From: Longimicrobiales bacterium
Lineage (GTDB): Bacteria > Gemmatimonadota > Gemmatimonadetes > Longimicrobiales > Gaopeijiaceae
NCBI GenBank assembly: GCA_965219445.1
Contig: CBDCNQ010000005.1
Coordinates: 576,001 to 640,000, forward strand
Direction of reading: 5' to 3'
Length of the DNA stretch: 64,000 nucleotides
The notes under the pieces are model-generated. The model made no database searches. It was not told the origin of the DNA and worked only from the letters and a program-made list of their open reading frames with translations. Shown one piece after another: positions 1 through 9,340 of this stretch; the first letter of the stretch is position 1; each line of letters starts with the position of its first letter. The translations under genes were made by a program, and so were the position numbers.

Positions 1-299
1 TACGGGAAATTGACCTATCGATGGTAGGTTGATCGGAGCTTCCTGGGGAAAGTGACCCTGAACTCAGGGAGATTTGATCGAGAGATCCCGCCCCGGTCCG
101 GCCAGTCCTGGGAGTAGCGAACCGCGAGAAGTTCGCCGAGTTCGTTGAACGTTACGACACCATCGGTTCGGAAGCGCGGTTGCTGTTCCGGGTCTAGCTG
201 CTTGCAACAGAATGACGATTAGGAAGCCGGTACGGGAACCGAGCCGTCGAAGCCGCGCAGGGAATTTATCTGGCTCGCCCGTGATATGCGCGAAGCGAG

Positions 300-480
300 C
301 GCGCGGAGCTTCAACGGAACGCTCGGCGACGAGGTGCTGAAGCGCGAGATCTTCTATTCTCTGGAGGAGGCACAGGTGCTCATCGAGCAGTGGCGGCGGG
401 AGTACAACACCATCCGACCGCATAGCTCTCTGGCCTATCAGCCGCCGGCCCCGGAGGCGATCCGGCCTGAGCCGGCCTTC
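300..480 (+). pseudogene. IS3-family transposase (OrfB) C-terminal fragment
   Basis: SFNGTLGDEVLKREIFYSLEEAQVLIEQWRREYNTIRPHSSLAYQPP is the typical rve C-terminal motif; no N-terminus present. Confidence 0.8.
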
Positions 481-519
481 CTCAATCTCCCCAGACTCCG
501 AGGCCCTCTCCCCAGGCTC

Positions 520-1092
520 CAGGAGGTACTCCATCAGGACCGGGACATCCCCCTTGATGATGGCCCGGTCGATCCGGTCGATCTCGCGGCCGATTTCGTG
601 GTCGAATTCGGAGGGGTGGGGATCTCGCGCCCAGTTGGCGAGCACCGTCTCCGCCCGGCCCCGCTCGTCCGTTGTCCGGACGACGACCACGACTTCGATC
701 CCGCGACCGCGATCCCAAAGCGCCTCCCAGAGTTCGCGGTGCGCGGCACCCCAGGAGCGGAGCGCCGTCGCGGTCTCGTGGCCCGGATCGACGTAGACGA
801 AGACGGCGTGCTCGGCGTCAAGCGCGACCGGGAGCCGGAGCGGGAAGTAGCGCCGGAGGTTCCCGGCCGCTCCCCGGTAGACCCGCCGGGGCAGGAGCCT
901 GCGCTCGACGCTGAGCGCCTCGAAGGCGGCCACCTTCTCCGGCTCGGTCGGGAGCCAAGGCAGTTGGGGATGATCGAGCACGTAGTCGAACGCGAGGAGG
1001 CGTAGCATGAGCACTTCCCTGGAGGTGATCCGGCGCCGGCGTCTGTCCCCGGCGCCGAGCGCACGGTAGATGCCGCGCCTGTGGATCCGGCA
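520..1092 (-). pseudogene. Fragment of the ICE wHTH protein (paralogue of 19505-20440)
   Basis: DYVLDHPQLPWLPTEPEKVAAFEAL...RRYFPLRLPVALD...VFVYVDPGHET matches 19505-20440; 5' end cut at ~1092 by an AT-richer segment, 3' end runs into the IS3 fragment. Confidence 0.85.
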
Positions 1093-1306
1093 TCAATACT
1101 CACTCATAGTCTGCCGATGTCCGTAGGGATCCAGTAAGTGCTATAAACAGTTATATTCTATACGGTTATGACTGTTCTACAGCGCCCTGAGCCACCCGTA
1201 GCGGCCGACAAGAGTCGCGACCCGGAGGCCGGACCGGCTCGCTGATCCGCCGCGCTCGCAGTGTCGGCGGACGAGTCCGTCAGGCGCTGAAGAGCGGGGG
1301 CGCGAA

Positions 1307-1415
1307 GGCTGGCTCACGACCCGTTAGCAGTCATGAGCCAGCCTACCCTTTGGGGCCACGCTTCGCGGGTCCCCGGCAGGGGCTGGCGAGGGTGGCTCCG
1401 CCCCCTTCGATCCCC
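1307..1415 (+). promoter_or_regulatory. oriT-like structured site (copy 1 of about 9)
   Basis: GGCTGGCTC..GAGCCAGC palindrome, a hairpin and a G/C hairpin; followed by a mobC fragment. Confidence 0.5.
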
Positions 1416-1439
1416 TGGACGCCCGCGCTCCGGCAGGCC

Positions 1440-1495
1440 ATCGCGCGCACGCGGCCGGCAGGTCGCGCGCATCGGCGGCAACCTCAACCACCTCG
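1440..1495 (+). pseudogene. mobC: MobC (relaxosome accessory) fragment
   Basis: RQVARIGGNLNHL resembles the MobC signature L..IGNNLNQ. Confidence 0.55.
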
Positions 1496-1651
1496 GGGCA
1501 GTTTCGGGCTTGGTCGAGCGCCGACGCCGACCTCACTGGGACGACTTGCCGAGCCACCTAGCTGGTGAAAAGCCGCGACCGGCGGCCGGATTCGTTGATA
1601 CGCCGCGCTCGCAGCGGCGCTTGATGGCCTTCCCGCTAGGGATTGCTGGAG

Positions 1652-1743
1652 GGGAGCGACCCCCGGCGGAGGGTGGCATGGGCGTGCACATGCCAACCCT
1701 CCCCGATGCCGATCGAGGCATCCCGAAGGGGGGGGTCGCTCCC
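1652..1743. repeat. ~93-bp three-stem motif, copy 1
   Basis: Outer stem GGGAGCGACCCC/GGGGTCGCTCCC with two inner hairpins; other copies at 19235, 24054, 48063; variant at 47712. Confidence 0.8.
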
Positions 1744-1882
1744 TTCTTCGGCCGAAAGCTCCGGAGCGGTGTCGCCGCTCCGGCGGCCGTGCCGCAACTG
1801 TAAGACAGGCAGCCACATACGGGAGCGCTGGCGCGCACATGGAAATGGCGTTTCGGTGCACATGCACCCCGTTGTCTGATGT

Positions 1883-1970
1883 GCATCAGGTCGCAGGTTC
1901 GTATCCTGCTACGCCCAAAGGACTTACGGGAATCGTTAGTCCGATTCCCGCTATTTGATTCCCGCTATTT
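1883..1970. mobile_element. Integrase-proximal end of ICE-A, with tRNA-3'-half-like sequence and tandem 14-bp arm repeats
   Basis: AGGTC-GCAGG-TTCGTAT-CCTGC-TACGCCCA (1888-1917); GATTCCCGCTATTT x2 (1943-1970); homologous ends at 12041-12127 and 49632-49718. Confidence 0.7.
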
Positions 1971-1973
1971 GGG

Positions 1974-3137
1974 CTAAGAGCAGGCCCTCGGGCGGTCGTC
2001 GAGGGCCTTCCTGAGCTGGTCCTCGTCGGCCCGCTGGTAGCACTGGAGCACTGTCTGGGCCGTCTTCCAGCCGCCGAGTTGGCAGAGGACCTTGAGCGGC
2101 TGGTCCATGAGGTCGGAGGCGAACTTCCGCCTCAGTGAGTGCCAGCCGCGCCCACGCTTGGGTTCCAGCCCTGCGAGCACCTCGGCCTTCTCCCACCAGT
2201 CGCGGATCGGCCACTGGCCCACGCACATCGAGCCATCCTTGGGCGCGGGCAACACCGGAAGGTCCCCGATCCCGGGGTTCCGCCACCGCGCCTCTTCGAG
2301 GACGCCGAGCGCTTCGGCACTCACCGGGGTCCGGTGCTCGTAGCCGGTCTTCTCATGCTCGCCTCGCCACCGGATGACACGAGCTTCCATGTCGATGTCG
2401 GACCATCGCAACTGACGGATGGCACCGATGCGGTGTCCCGTCTCGTGCGCGAGCACGAGAGCGACGTGAAAGCGCCAGTCCACCTCCACGGACACCCGAA
2501 GCATGGCCTCGTATTCCGCCTCAGTGAGCAGCACCCGGATAGGATTCTTCTCCTTCGGCGTCTTGAGGCCCCTGAGGGGGTTGGACTCGAGCAAGAGCCT
2601 TCCCCTCTCGTCCCTCGACCTCGCGGCCCAGTTGAGGACCGAGAGCAGGAACTTGAGGTCCCGTTCGATCGTCCGGTTGGCCACCGGCTTGCCGCTGCGG
2701 CCGGCTCTGCCCGCCAGCCGCTCCCGGATGAACCGGTCCCAGTCGCGCTGGGACAGCGTGGCGGGGTCGCGCTTCCGTCCGAAGCATCCGAGGAACGTCC
2801 CCATTGTGGCTCTGTCGTACCTCTGGGACGGCTTCGTCTTGGTGGGCGTCACCTCTTCACCGTAGATGTCAAAAAGCGTCTCCAGGGTGAGTGGCTCGGG
2901 CTCGGCGTCCGCCTTGCGGTGGAGCTCCGGCCCGAGGTAGCCAGCGGCGAACTCGTCCGCCTGCCGCTTCGCGCGAGCCCAGTCGCGGTGCTTCAGCGAC
3001 CTTGTGAGCCTGCGCCCGTTCTCGCGCCACTCGATCTGGAACAAGCCGGTCTTGGGATCGGGAAAGACCCGTACCCGGTTCCGGCCCCATTCGCCGGCGC
3101 CGTAGGAGCGCCGGATAGGTTTCGTGCGTGCCATCAT
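1974..3137 (-). CDS. Tyrosine recombinase/integrase of ICE-A
   Basis: ETGHRIGAI, HSLRRKFA, GGW, C-terminal Y; paralogues at 12132 and 48463. Confidence 0.9.
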   Translation of the reverse strand: MMARTKPIRRSYGAGEWGRNRVRVFPDPKTGLFQIEWRENGRRLTRSLKHRDWARAKRQADEFAAGYLGPELHRKADAEPEPLTLETLFDIYGEEVTPTKTKPSQRYDRATMGTFLGCFGRKRDPATLSQRDWDRFIRERLAGRAGRSGKPVANRTIERDLKFLLSVLNWAARSRDERGRLLLESNPLRGLKTPKEKNPIRVLLTEAEYEAMLRVSVEVDWRFHVALVLAHETGHRIGAIRQLRWSDIDMEARVIRWRGEHEKTGYEHRTPVSAEALGVLEEARWRNPGIGDLPVLPAPKDGSMCVGQWPIRDWWEKAEVLAGLEPKRGRGWHSLRRKFASDLMDQPLKVLCQLGGWKTAQTVLQCYQRADEDQLRKALDDRPRACS

Positions 3138-3580
3138 TCGATTCCTCTCTCGATGATGGACTGCACGATCTGCGCGTTGGAAACTTCGCCTCGGCGATGC
3201 TTTTCCACCAGTCGCGGTGTGGCTGGCGCCTGGGTCTTCCGTGGCAGGATCGAGCGGGCGATCCTGGGCGCGCCGGGTCTTCCGGCGTTGGGGATCCTGC
3301 CGTCGCGCACGAGGCGGCCGAGATGGTCAGCGGAGTAGCCGCTCTCCCTGGCTGCCTCCGTCAGCGAGAGGGTGGTCTCGTCCCTCTCCCTGAGCGTGGC
3401 CTCGAGCTCGGCCGCGCAGCTTTCGAGCGCGACGGCCGGCGTCTCGCCCCCGTACCGGCGGAGCGCCTTGGCCTGCGTCCGCCAGGTGACTGGCAGGGTC
3501 TCGACGGACGCGCCGCGAGGTGTGCGCGCACGTTTGGGTCGATCTCGTCGGCCCGCCGCGCGCCCGGTCTCCGCGTTCAT
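3134..3580 (-). CDS. Excisionase-like HTH protein
   Basis: LSLTEAARESGYSADHLGRLVRDGRIP; stop overlaps the int start; conserved at 13292-13681. Confidence 0.7.
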   Translation of the reverse strand: MNAETGRAAGRRDRPKRARTPRGASVETLPVTWRTQAKALRRYGGETPAVALESCAAELEATLRERDETTLSLTEAARESGYSADHLGRLVRDGRIPNAGRPGAPRIARSILPRKTQAPATPRLVEKHRRGEVSNAQIVQSIIERGIE

Positions 3581-3891
3581 TCCCAGTCGCCCTCGGCGTC
3601 TCTGCGGAGCGCGTCGGTGAGGGCCGGGTCGCCCTCGCCGCGCCGAACGGAGCGCTCGGCGAGATCGACGCGCCGGCCGAGGTCGGCGAGCCCGGCGGCG
3701 CGTGCGACGGCGTAGATGGCGGCCGCAACGGCTGCGAGTGCCAGCCCGGCGTGCACTGCGATCAAGACGCCGTGTTCGGCGAGGAGGAGCGGCCAATACG
3801 GCGCGAGGTATTCGAGGCGCGGCCCGGCGAGCAGCACGGCAGACCCCGCGATGGCGGCGGTGAGGCCGGCGCTGATTTTCCAGGGTTGCAT
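3577..3891 (-). CDS. Small membrane protein
   Basis: Hydrophobic segments; conserved paralogue at 13688-14002. Confidence 0.75.
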   Translation of the reverse strand: MQPWKISAGLTAAIAGSAVLLAGPRLEYLAPYWPLLLAEHGVLIAVHAGLALAAVAAAIYAVARAAGLADLGRRVDLAERSVRRGEGDPALTDALRRDAEGDWE

Positions 3892-3909
3892 GGCGGGCCT
3901 CTCCCGTAG

Positions 3910-4812
3910 TCAGAGTTCGACTGCGGCCGGATCGCGGTCGGCGGGTCCCCGGAGCGAGGAGCGGTCGCCGCCGCCGCCCAGGCCGAGCGTGCGCAGCAGC
4001 CGCGCCGCGGCCGGTCCGTTGGCGTGGAGCGCGAACCCGGCCGCCGCTTTCGCCTTGATGGCCCCTTCGCGGTAGTTGCCGGACGCGACCTCGATGTTGA
4101 CGCGTCCAGCTCGCCCGTCGGCATCGGCGTACTCGATCTGGGCGTCCGGGTAGAGCACGTGCCCTTCGTCGTCGAGGGGGAGTCCGAGTTCGCCGGCGGT
4201 GCGGTGCCGTTCGGCATCGGCGGCCCGCTTGCCGTCCTTCAGCCGCGCCGCCTCGCTGCCGCGCGCGACGGCGCTCTTGAGTTCGGTGTCGAGCCGGATG
4301 CGCCGCACTGCTGCGCCCCGGTCGAGCAGCCGCTGTTTCTCCTTCATGCAGGCGCGGTAGACGGCGGTGTCGTGCGCGGCCTCGGCAGGCCGGGTGCGGG
4401 CGAACCGGATTTCCTGGCTGGGATCGATTCCCCGTTCGGCTGCCCGCTTCCGAGCTTCGGCCACGCCGCTGCGGGTGAGCGTCAGGACCTTGAACGGGTT
4501 GCCCTTGGGTCCGGTGGCCGTGGTCTCGGTGACGAGCCCTTCCCGTACCCAGGCGTTCACGGCCCGCCGGGTGGTGTAGGGGTGTCCGCCGAAGTGGGCC
4601 TCGGCCAGATCGCGGTACGAGACGGCGCCGTAGACGCCGATGTCGGCGAGCCCGCGCGCGCACCGTTCGGGGAAGGAGGTGGACCCGCGGTCCCTGCTCG
4701 CGGCGTATTCTCGGCGATGGCCGTCCCGCATGCGGTAGCGATTGCGGCTGGGTGGCGCGGCGGTCCGCGGGTCCGGTTCGACCGTGCGGTCGAACATCTC
4801 CTGGCTCCTCAC
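3910..4812 (-). CDS. Putative Replic_Relax/MOBC-like relaxase
   Basis: N-terminal wHTH-like region, HD, then PDAQIEY...VNIEV..NY..AIKAK (PD-(D/E)XK-like); paralogue at 14024-14923. Confidence 0.6.
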   Translation of the reverse strand: MRSQEMFDRTVEPDPRTAAPPSRNRYRMRDGHRREYAASRDRGSTSFPERCARGLADIGVYGAVSYRDLAEAHFGGHPYTTRRAVNAWVREGLVTETTATGPKGNPFKVLTLTRSGVAEARKRAAERGIDPSQEIRFARTRPAEAAHDTAVYRACMKEKQRLLDRGAAVRRIRLDTELKSAVARGSEAARLKDGKRAADAERHRTAGELGLPLDDEGHVLYPDAQIEYADADGRAGRVNIEVASGNYREGAIKAKAAAGFALHANGPAAARLLRTLGLGGGGDRSSLRGPADRDPAAVEL

Positions 4813-4818
4813 CGACCG

Positions 4819-5847
4819 TCAGCGGCGCGGCCCGAAGGTCCGCTGCGGCACGGGGAGCGGCGGCACGGGATGGACGATTCGCCCCGGCGCGGGCGCGCGG
4901 GTCGCGGCCACGGCCGCGGGTTCGCGCACGGCCTCGCGCTCGCGGTGCCGCGAGAGCACGAAGTCGGAGATCTTCTGCGAGTCGGCGGCGGCGCGGCGGA
5001 TCTCGCGGGGGTCCTCCTCGAGTGCGGCGATCCAGCCCTCGACGTACGCGGCGCCCCGGCTCGGGTCATGGCCGACGCCCGCGCGCTCGCCCGTCATCAT
5101 GGCACTGATTTCGGCGCGGAGCTCCTCCTTCGCATAGGCCGGCGAGGCGAACCCTTCAGAGATCCCTTGGGTGAGCGTCTCGCGGTTCATGCGTTCCGGG
5201 TGGCCGGTGCTGTGCCCCAGCTCGTGTAGCGCGGTCTGGTAGTAGTGGTTGGCGGAGGGGAACTGTCCACGCTCGGGCAGCACGATCTCGTCGCGGTTCA
5301 GGTTGTAGAACGCCCGGTCGCCCGCCACGTGACGGACGGGGACCCCGCTGTCCTCGAGGACGCGTTCGGCCTCCTGGTGGACCTTCCAGAGCGGCTCGGC
5401 GGTGGGGTTGGCGCGCGCGGGCAGCCCGTCGGCCTGCTCGGCGTTGAACACGGTGTACTGGCGGACGACGGGCGTGGGCAGGCGCTCGTGGCGGTAAACG
5501 CGCTTGCCTTCGTTGTCCCTCTTGGGCCGCCCGCGCTCGTCGTTGACGGCGAACTTCCGGTGGTCCTGGAACGAGAGGATGCGAGTGCCCTGCTCGCCCT
5601 TGCGCACCTGTCCGTCCCGGGCTTGGATCTGGCGGTAGGTGCCCCAGCGCACGTCGCCGTAGCCGCGCTCCTGGGCCACGGCGGCGAGATGCAGGCTGTT
5701 CCCGCCCCTGTAGGAGCGGCCCGTATCGACGTTGGAGGGGAGCACGCGCTCGCCCGGCCCCCAGGGCTTCTGCCAGAGCGCGGTGCCCTGGCGGATCTGC
5801 TCGATGATGGCGTCGGCGAACTGGCGGTGATATTCGTCGTGTTTCAT
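4819..5847 (-). CDS. ardC: ArdC-like ssDNA-binding/antirestriction protein with zincin domain
   Basis: WQKPW, YRGGN, WGTYRQ, VRKGE, VFNAEQ, HELGH, EELRAE. Confidence 0.85.
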   Translation of the reverse strand: MKHDEYHRQFADAIIEQIRQGTALWQKPWGPGERVLPSNVDTGRSYRGGNSLHLAAVAQERGYGDVRWGTYRQIQARDGQVRKGEQGTRILSFQDHRKFAVNDERGRPKRDNEGKRVYRHERLPTPVVRQYTVFNAEQADGLPARANPTAEPLWKVHQEAERVLEDSGVPVRHVAGDRAFYNLNRDEIVLPERGQFPSANHYYQTALHELGHSTGHPERMNRETLTQGISEGFASPAYAKEELRAEISAMMTGERAGVGHDPSRGAAYVEGWIAALEEDPREIRRAAADSQKISDFVLSRHREREAVREPAAVAATRAPAPGRIVHPVPPLPVPQRTFGPRR

Positions 5848-6044
5848 AGCTCTTCCTCCTCGGGGCCGTGCGGATCCTCTGCGGCGTCGCGGATCTCGTC
5901 CTCGCTGCCCACGTCCTCGGAGAAGAGGCCGTACTCTTCGGCCAGCGAAGCCGGCACCTCGAGCGCCTCGCCTCCGTCGCGCGCGAGCTCGCGGTCGAAG
6001 CCGTCGAGCGTCTCGACGCGAACGATGTTCTCGTCGCCTTTCAT
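5844..6044 (-). CDS. Small acidic protein
   Basis: Overlaps both neighbours; paralogue at 15956-16153. Confidence 0.7.
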   Translation of the reverse strand: MKGDENIVRVETLDGFDRELARDGGEALEVPASLAEEYGLFSEDVGSEDEIRDAAEDPHGPEEEEL

Positions 6045-7048
6045 GGGTTCACCTCCTTGGTGTGTGGGTGCTGTTCTTGCGGGGCTTCGTCGGCCCCGCT
6101 CCAGATCGGTTCGGCGATCCAGCGGCCCTTGGCCGCGTCGTAGCCGCGCACTTCGAGCGCCTCCTCGACGAAGCGCCTGCCCCGTTGCCGGGCCGTGTGC
6201 AGCACAAGTGCGATCCCGTCCACGACGCCCCGGCAGGTGACCTCCCAGGGAAGCGCGCCTTCGGCCTGCATGGCGCAGCTCGCTAGGCGCGAGAGCGCGG
6301 AGCGGGCGTTGTTCGCGTGGATGGTGGTCAGCGAGCCGCCGTGGCCGGTGTTGAGCGCCTGCAGCAGATCGGCGGCCTCGCCGCCCCTGACCTCGCCGAC
6401 GACGATGTGGTCGGGCCGGTGGCGCAGCGCGTGCCGCACCAGGTCGCGGACCCGTACGGAGGTCTCGGTGCCGACAGCCCCGGCCTCGAAGCGGAGGCAG
6501 TTGGCGCGCTCGATCCTGAGCTCGAGCGTGTCCTCGATGGCGACGATCCGCTCGTCTTCGGGCAGCAACTCGATCAGCGCGTTCAGGAGCGTCGTCTTGC
6601 CCGAGCCCGTGCCTCCGGAGACCAGGATGTTCCTGCGGGCCAAGAGGGCCGACCGGGCGGCCCCGAGGACCGTCTCCGGCAGCGAGCCCATGCGCACCAG
6701 GTCCTGAGCCGAGAACGCGCGGCCCCCGAACCGGCGTATGGTGATGGCGACCTCGGGACTCGCGGGCGGCGTGCAGATGGCGACCCTTGAGCCGTCCTCG
6801 AGACGGGCATCGAGGATGGGCCGTGTGGCGGGATCGAGGCCGAGCGGCCGGGCGATGTGGATCGCGGCGCGGTGGAGCCAGGCGGCGGTGAGTGCCGGCG
6901 CCTCGTGGGGCTCGAGTCGGCCGCCTCGCTCGATCCAGACGTTGCCGGGTCCGTTGATCATGATCTCGGAGACCTCCGGGTGCTCAAGGAGCGTCTCCAG
7001 GCCCGGAAGGAACGGCTTCAGGTGCCCGATCCCGCTTGCGCGCTTCAT
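6041..7048 (-). CDS. virB11: VirB11/TrbB/CpaF-family traffic ATPase
   Basis: SGGTGSGKTT, IEDTLEL, RPDHIVVGEVRG, TGHGGSLTTIHA; ATG at 7048. Confidence 0.9.
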   Translation of the reverse strand: MKRASGIGHLKPFLPGLETLLEHPEVSEIMINGPGNVWIERGGRLEPHEAPALTAAWLHRAAIHIARPLGLDPATRPILDARLEDGSRVAICTPPASPEVAITIRRFGGRAFSAQDLVRMGSLPETVLGAARSALLARRNILVSGGTGSGKTTLLNALIELLPEDERIVAIEDTLELRIERANCLRFEAGAVGTETSVRVRDLVRHALRHRPDHIVVGEVRGGEAADLLQALNTGHGGSLTTIHANNARSALSRLASCAMQAEGALPWEVTCRGVVDGIALVLHTARQRGRRFVEEALEVRGYDAAKGRWIAEPIWSGADEAPQEQHPHTKEVNP

Positions 7049-7581
7049 ATCCGTCCCTCCTCGCGGAGCCGCCAGTAGCCCACGTCCCTCGGCAGGTAGT
7101 GGGGTTTCAGGTAGACGCGCCGGGCAGGGAGCGACTTCGTGCCGTCGTATGGCAGGCAGATCGCCTGATAGTTGGCGAGCAGGCTGAAGTCCCGGGGCGT
7201 GAACACGGGCTCCCTCTGCTGCCGGAACGACTTGCTCGCGCCGATCGTGCCGCGGCCCCCTCCGGCTCGCCCGGACAAGAGCGAGAACTCGGGCCTGCCC
7301 GTGGTCTCGGTGAACGTGTAGGAGGGCTGCGTCTTCATGACGCTGCCGCACATCTCGGACGCGATCCGGGCCGACGACTCGTCGCTCAAGGACAGGAAGA
7401 TCCGGGTGCGGAGCGTCTGGAGGAGCGTGCGCCAGGCCTCGCCTCCGGGCAGCACGGAGCGGAGCGAGGAGATCGACTGCGTGGCGACGATCGGGACGCA
7501 GCGGCACTGCCGGGTGAGCGCGAACGCCTTCTCGTCGCCAGCGGGGTCGTCCTGGCCGACGGTCGCGAACGCCTGGTACTC
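7045..7581 (-). pseudogene. virD4: virD4-like coupling protein of ICE-A, 3' part
   Basis: EYQAFATVGQDD...EEGRI matches the C-terminus of 17155-19200; begins at the 9-bp core. Confidence 0.9.
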
Positions 7582-7736
7582 CTTCCACGCACTGTCCATC
7601 TAGGTTCTAGGAAGTCCCATAAGACAAGTGAAGTGGTTGTAGGGGATATACTTACGTTATATTGCCATCTCAGTACGGCTGCTATGTTCCAAGACTGAAA
7701 GGGTGATCCACAGGGTGATCGCAAAAGGGTGACCAC

Positions 7737-8897
7737 ATGGGCAGACACGGCAAGAAACTCACTGCCGCCTTCGTGCGGAGCGTCCAGGAACCGGGGCTGT
7801 ATTGGGACGAGCACGGCCTCGTGCTACGGGTCAAGCCGTCCGGCTACAAGCAGTGGGTCCAGCGACTGTTCATTCACGGCAAGCGCAGGGAGTTGGGGCT
7901 CGGTTCGGTCCGCCTCGTGACGCTGGCCGAGGCGCGGGACGCGGCGCTGGCCAACCGCAAGGTGGCCCGCGCGGGCGGCGATCCGAGGACGAAGCGGCAC
8001 AGTTCAGTGCCGACGTTCGAGCGGGCGGCGGCCAAGGTCTTCGCCATGCACCGTCCGACCTGGACCGACAGGCACGCGGGCCAGTGGATGGCGACGCTGC
8101 GCGCCTATGCGTTTCCCGGGATCGGGGGGAAGCGGGTGGACCGGATCGCGCCCGCCGACGTCATGGGGGTGCTGCTTCCGGTCTGGAACGGGAAGCACCA
8201 GACGGCCAAGCGGGTCCGCCAGCGGATTTCGACGGTGATGCGGTGGGCGATCGCGCAGGGCTACCGCATGGACAACCCCGCGGGCGATGCGATCGGCGCC
8301 GCGCTGCCGAGGCCTCCGCGCGTCCAGAAGCACTACAAGGCGCTACCCTACGGGGAAGTGGCCGGGGCGATTGACGCGATCCAGCGATCCGAGGCAAGGG
8401 TGACGGTGCAGCTGGGCTTCGAGTTTCTGGTGCTGACGGCCTGCCGGTCGGGCGAGGTGCGTGGGGCTCGCTGGGAGGAGGTCGACCTGGAGGGCGGAGT
8501 GTGGACGATCCCGGCGGAGCGGATGAAGAGCCGGCGGGAGCACCGGGTGCCGCTGTCGGCGCGGGCGAGGGAGATCCTGGCCGAGGCGAAGGCGCACGCG
8601 CCTCGTTCGGAGTGGGTGTTCCCGTCCGTGCGGGGGCTGGTGCTGCCGAGCTTCGAGTTCGCGGGCCTGCTCAAGGCGCTCGGGATCGCGGCCGTGCCGC
8701 ACGGCTTCCGCTCCAGCTTCCGGGACTGGACGGCGGAGCGCACCGACGCGCCGCACGCGGTCATGGAGGCGGCGCTGGCGCACGCGGTCCGCAACAGGGT
8801 GGAGGCCGCCTACGCCCGCTCGGACCTGTTCGAGCGCCGCCGCGTCCTGATGGAGCAGTGGGCGGGCTACCTGGCTGGCGAGCGTCGACACGCGTAG
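7737..8897 (+). CDS. P4-type tyrosine integrase with N-terminal arm-binding domain
   Basis: GLVLRV..W..R..GLG; TACRSGE, EHRVPL, HGFRSSFR, LAH, AAY. Confidence 0.92.
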   Translation: MGRHGKKLTAAFVRSVQEPGLYWDEHGLVLRVKPSGYKQWVQRLFIHGKRRELGLGSVRLVTLAEARDAALANRKVARAGGDPRTKRHSSVPTFERAAAKVFAMHRPTWTDRHAGQWMATLRAYAFPGIGGKRVDRIAPADVMGVLLPVWNGKHQTAKRVRQRISTVMRWAIAQGYRMDNPAGDAIGAALPRPPRVQKHYKALPYGEVAGAIDAIQRSEARVTVQLGFEFLVLTACRSGEVRGARWEEVDLEGGVWTIPAERMKSRREHRVPLSARAREILAEAKAHAPRSEWVFPSVRGLVLPSFEFAGLLKALGIAAVPHGFRSSFRDWTAERTDAPHAVMEAALAHAVRNRVEAAYARSDLFERRRVLMEQWAGYLAGERRHA

Positions 8898-8954
8898 GCC
8901 GGTGCCCAGCCGCCGAGGGGCGATCCGTTGAGGCCCGATCCGAGGCCGATCCAC

Positions 8955-9065
8955 GGCTGGCTCATGACCCCTTAAGGGTCAAGAGCCAGCATACCCCTTG
9001 GGGCCACGCTTCGCGGGTCCCCGGCAAGGGCTGGCGAGGGGCTCCGCCCCTTCGACCCCCGACAG
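8955..9065 (+). promoter_or_regulatory. oriT-like site, copy 2
   Basis: GGCTGGCTCATGACCCCTTAAGGGTCAAGAGCCAGCATACCCC...; very similar to 1307-1415. Confidence 0.5.
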
Positions 9066-9282
9066 GTCCGCGCTCCGGCGGAGCGCGCAGTCGGGGGCTC
9101 CGCCCCCCTTCCCCCGGTGCGTCCCGACCGTGGGGGCTATTGAGAACGGTATACCGCTTCACGTTCAGCCCGCCGGTCGAGACCATCCTGCACCGCGTGT
9201 CCGGGTCGTCCCACAGGTGCGCGACTCTCCCGCGCTTTCGTCGGATCAGGTAGAGCTGCGTCCCCGGGTCCCCTTCGGTCAC
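8962..9282 (-). CDS. Small hypothetical protein (3' end uncertain)
   Basis: Protein-like N-terminal half (AHLWDDPDTRCRMVSTGGL); 3' half runs through the structured site. Confidence 0.3.
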   Translation of the reverse strand: MTEGDPGTQLYLIRRKRGRVAHLWDDPDTRCRMVSTGGLNVKRYTVLNSPHGRDAPGEGGRSPRLRAPPERGPVGGRRGGAPRQPLPGTREAWPQGVCWLLTLKGS

Positions 9283-9340
9283 CGTGAGCGTCGTCTCCGC
9301 ACGCCCGCGACCCTGTTGGTTGCCGCCCGTTCACCCCCAC

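Noticed and set aside
1..60. GGGAAATTGACC/GGGAAAGTGACC repeats resembling IS21 subterminal repeats
   Set aside because: At the window edge; no terminus or transposase visible
1888..1917. tRNA gene
   Set aside because: Only a 3' half; no D-arm or anticodon arm
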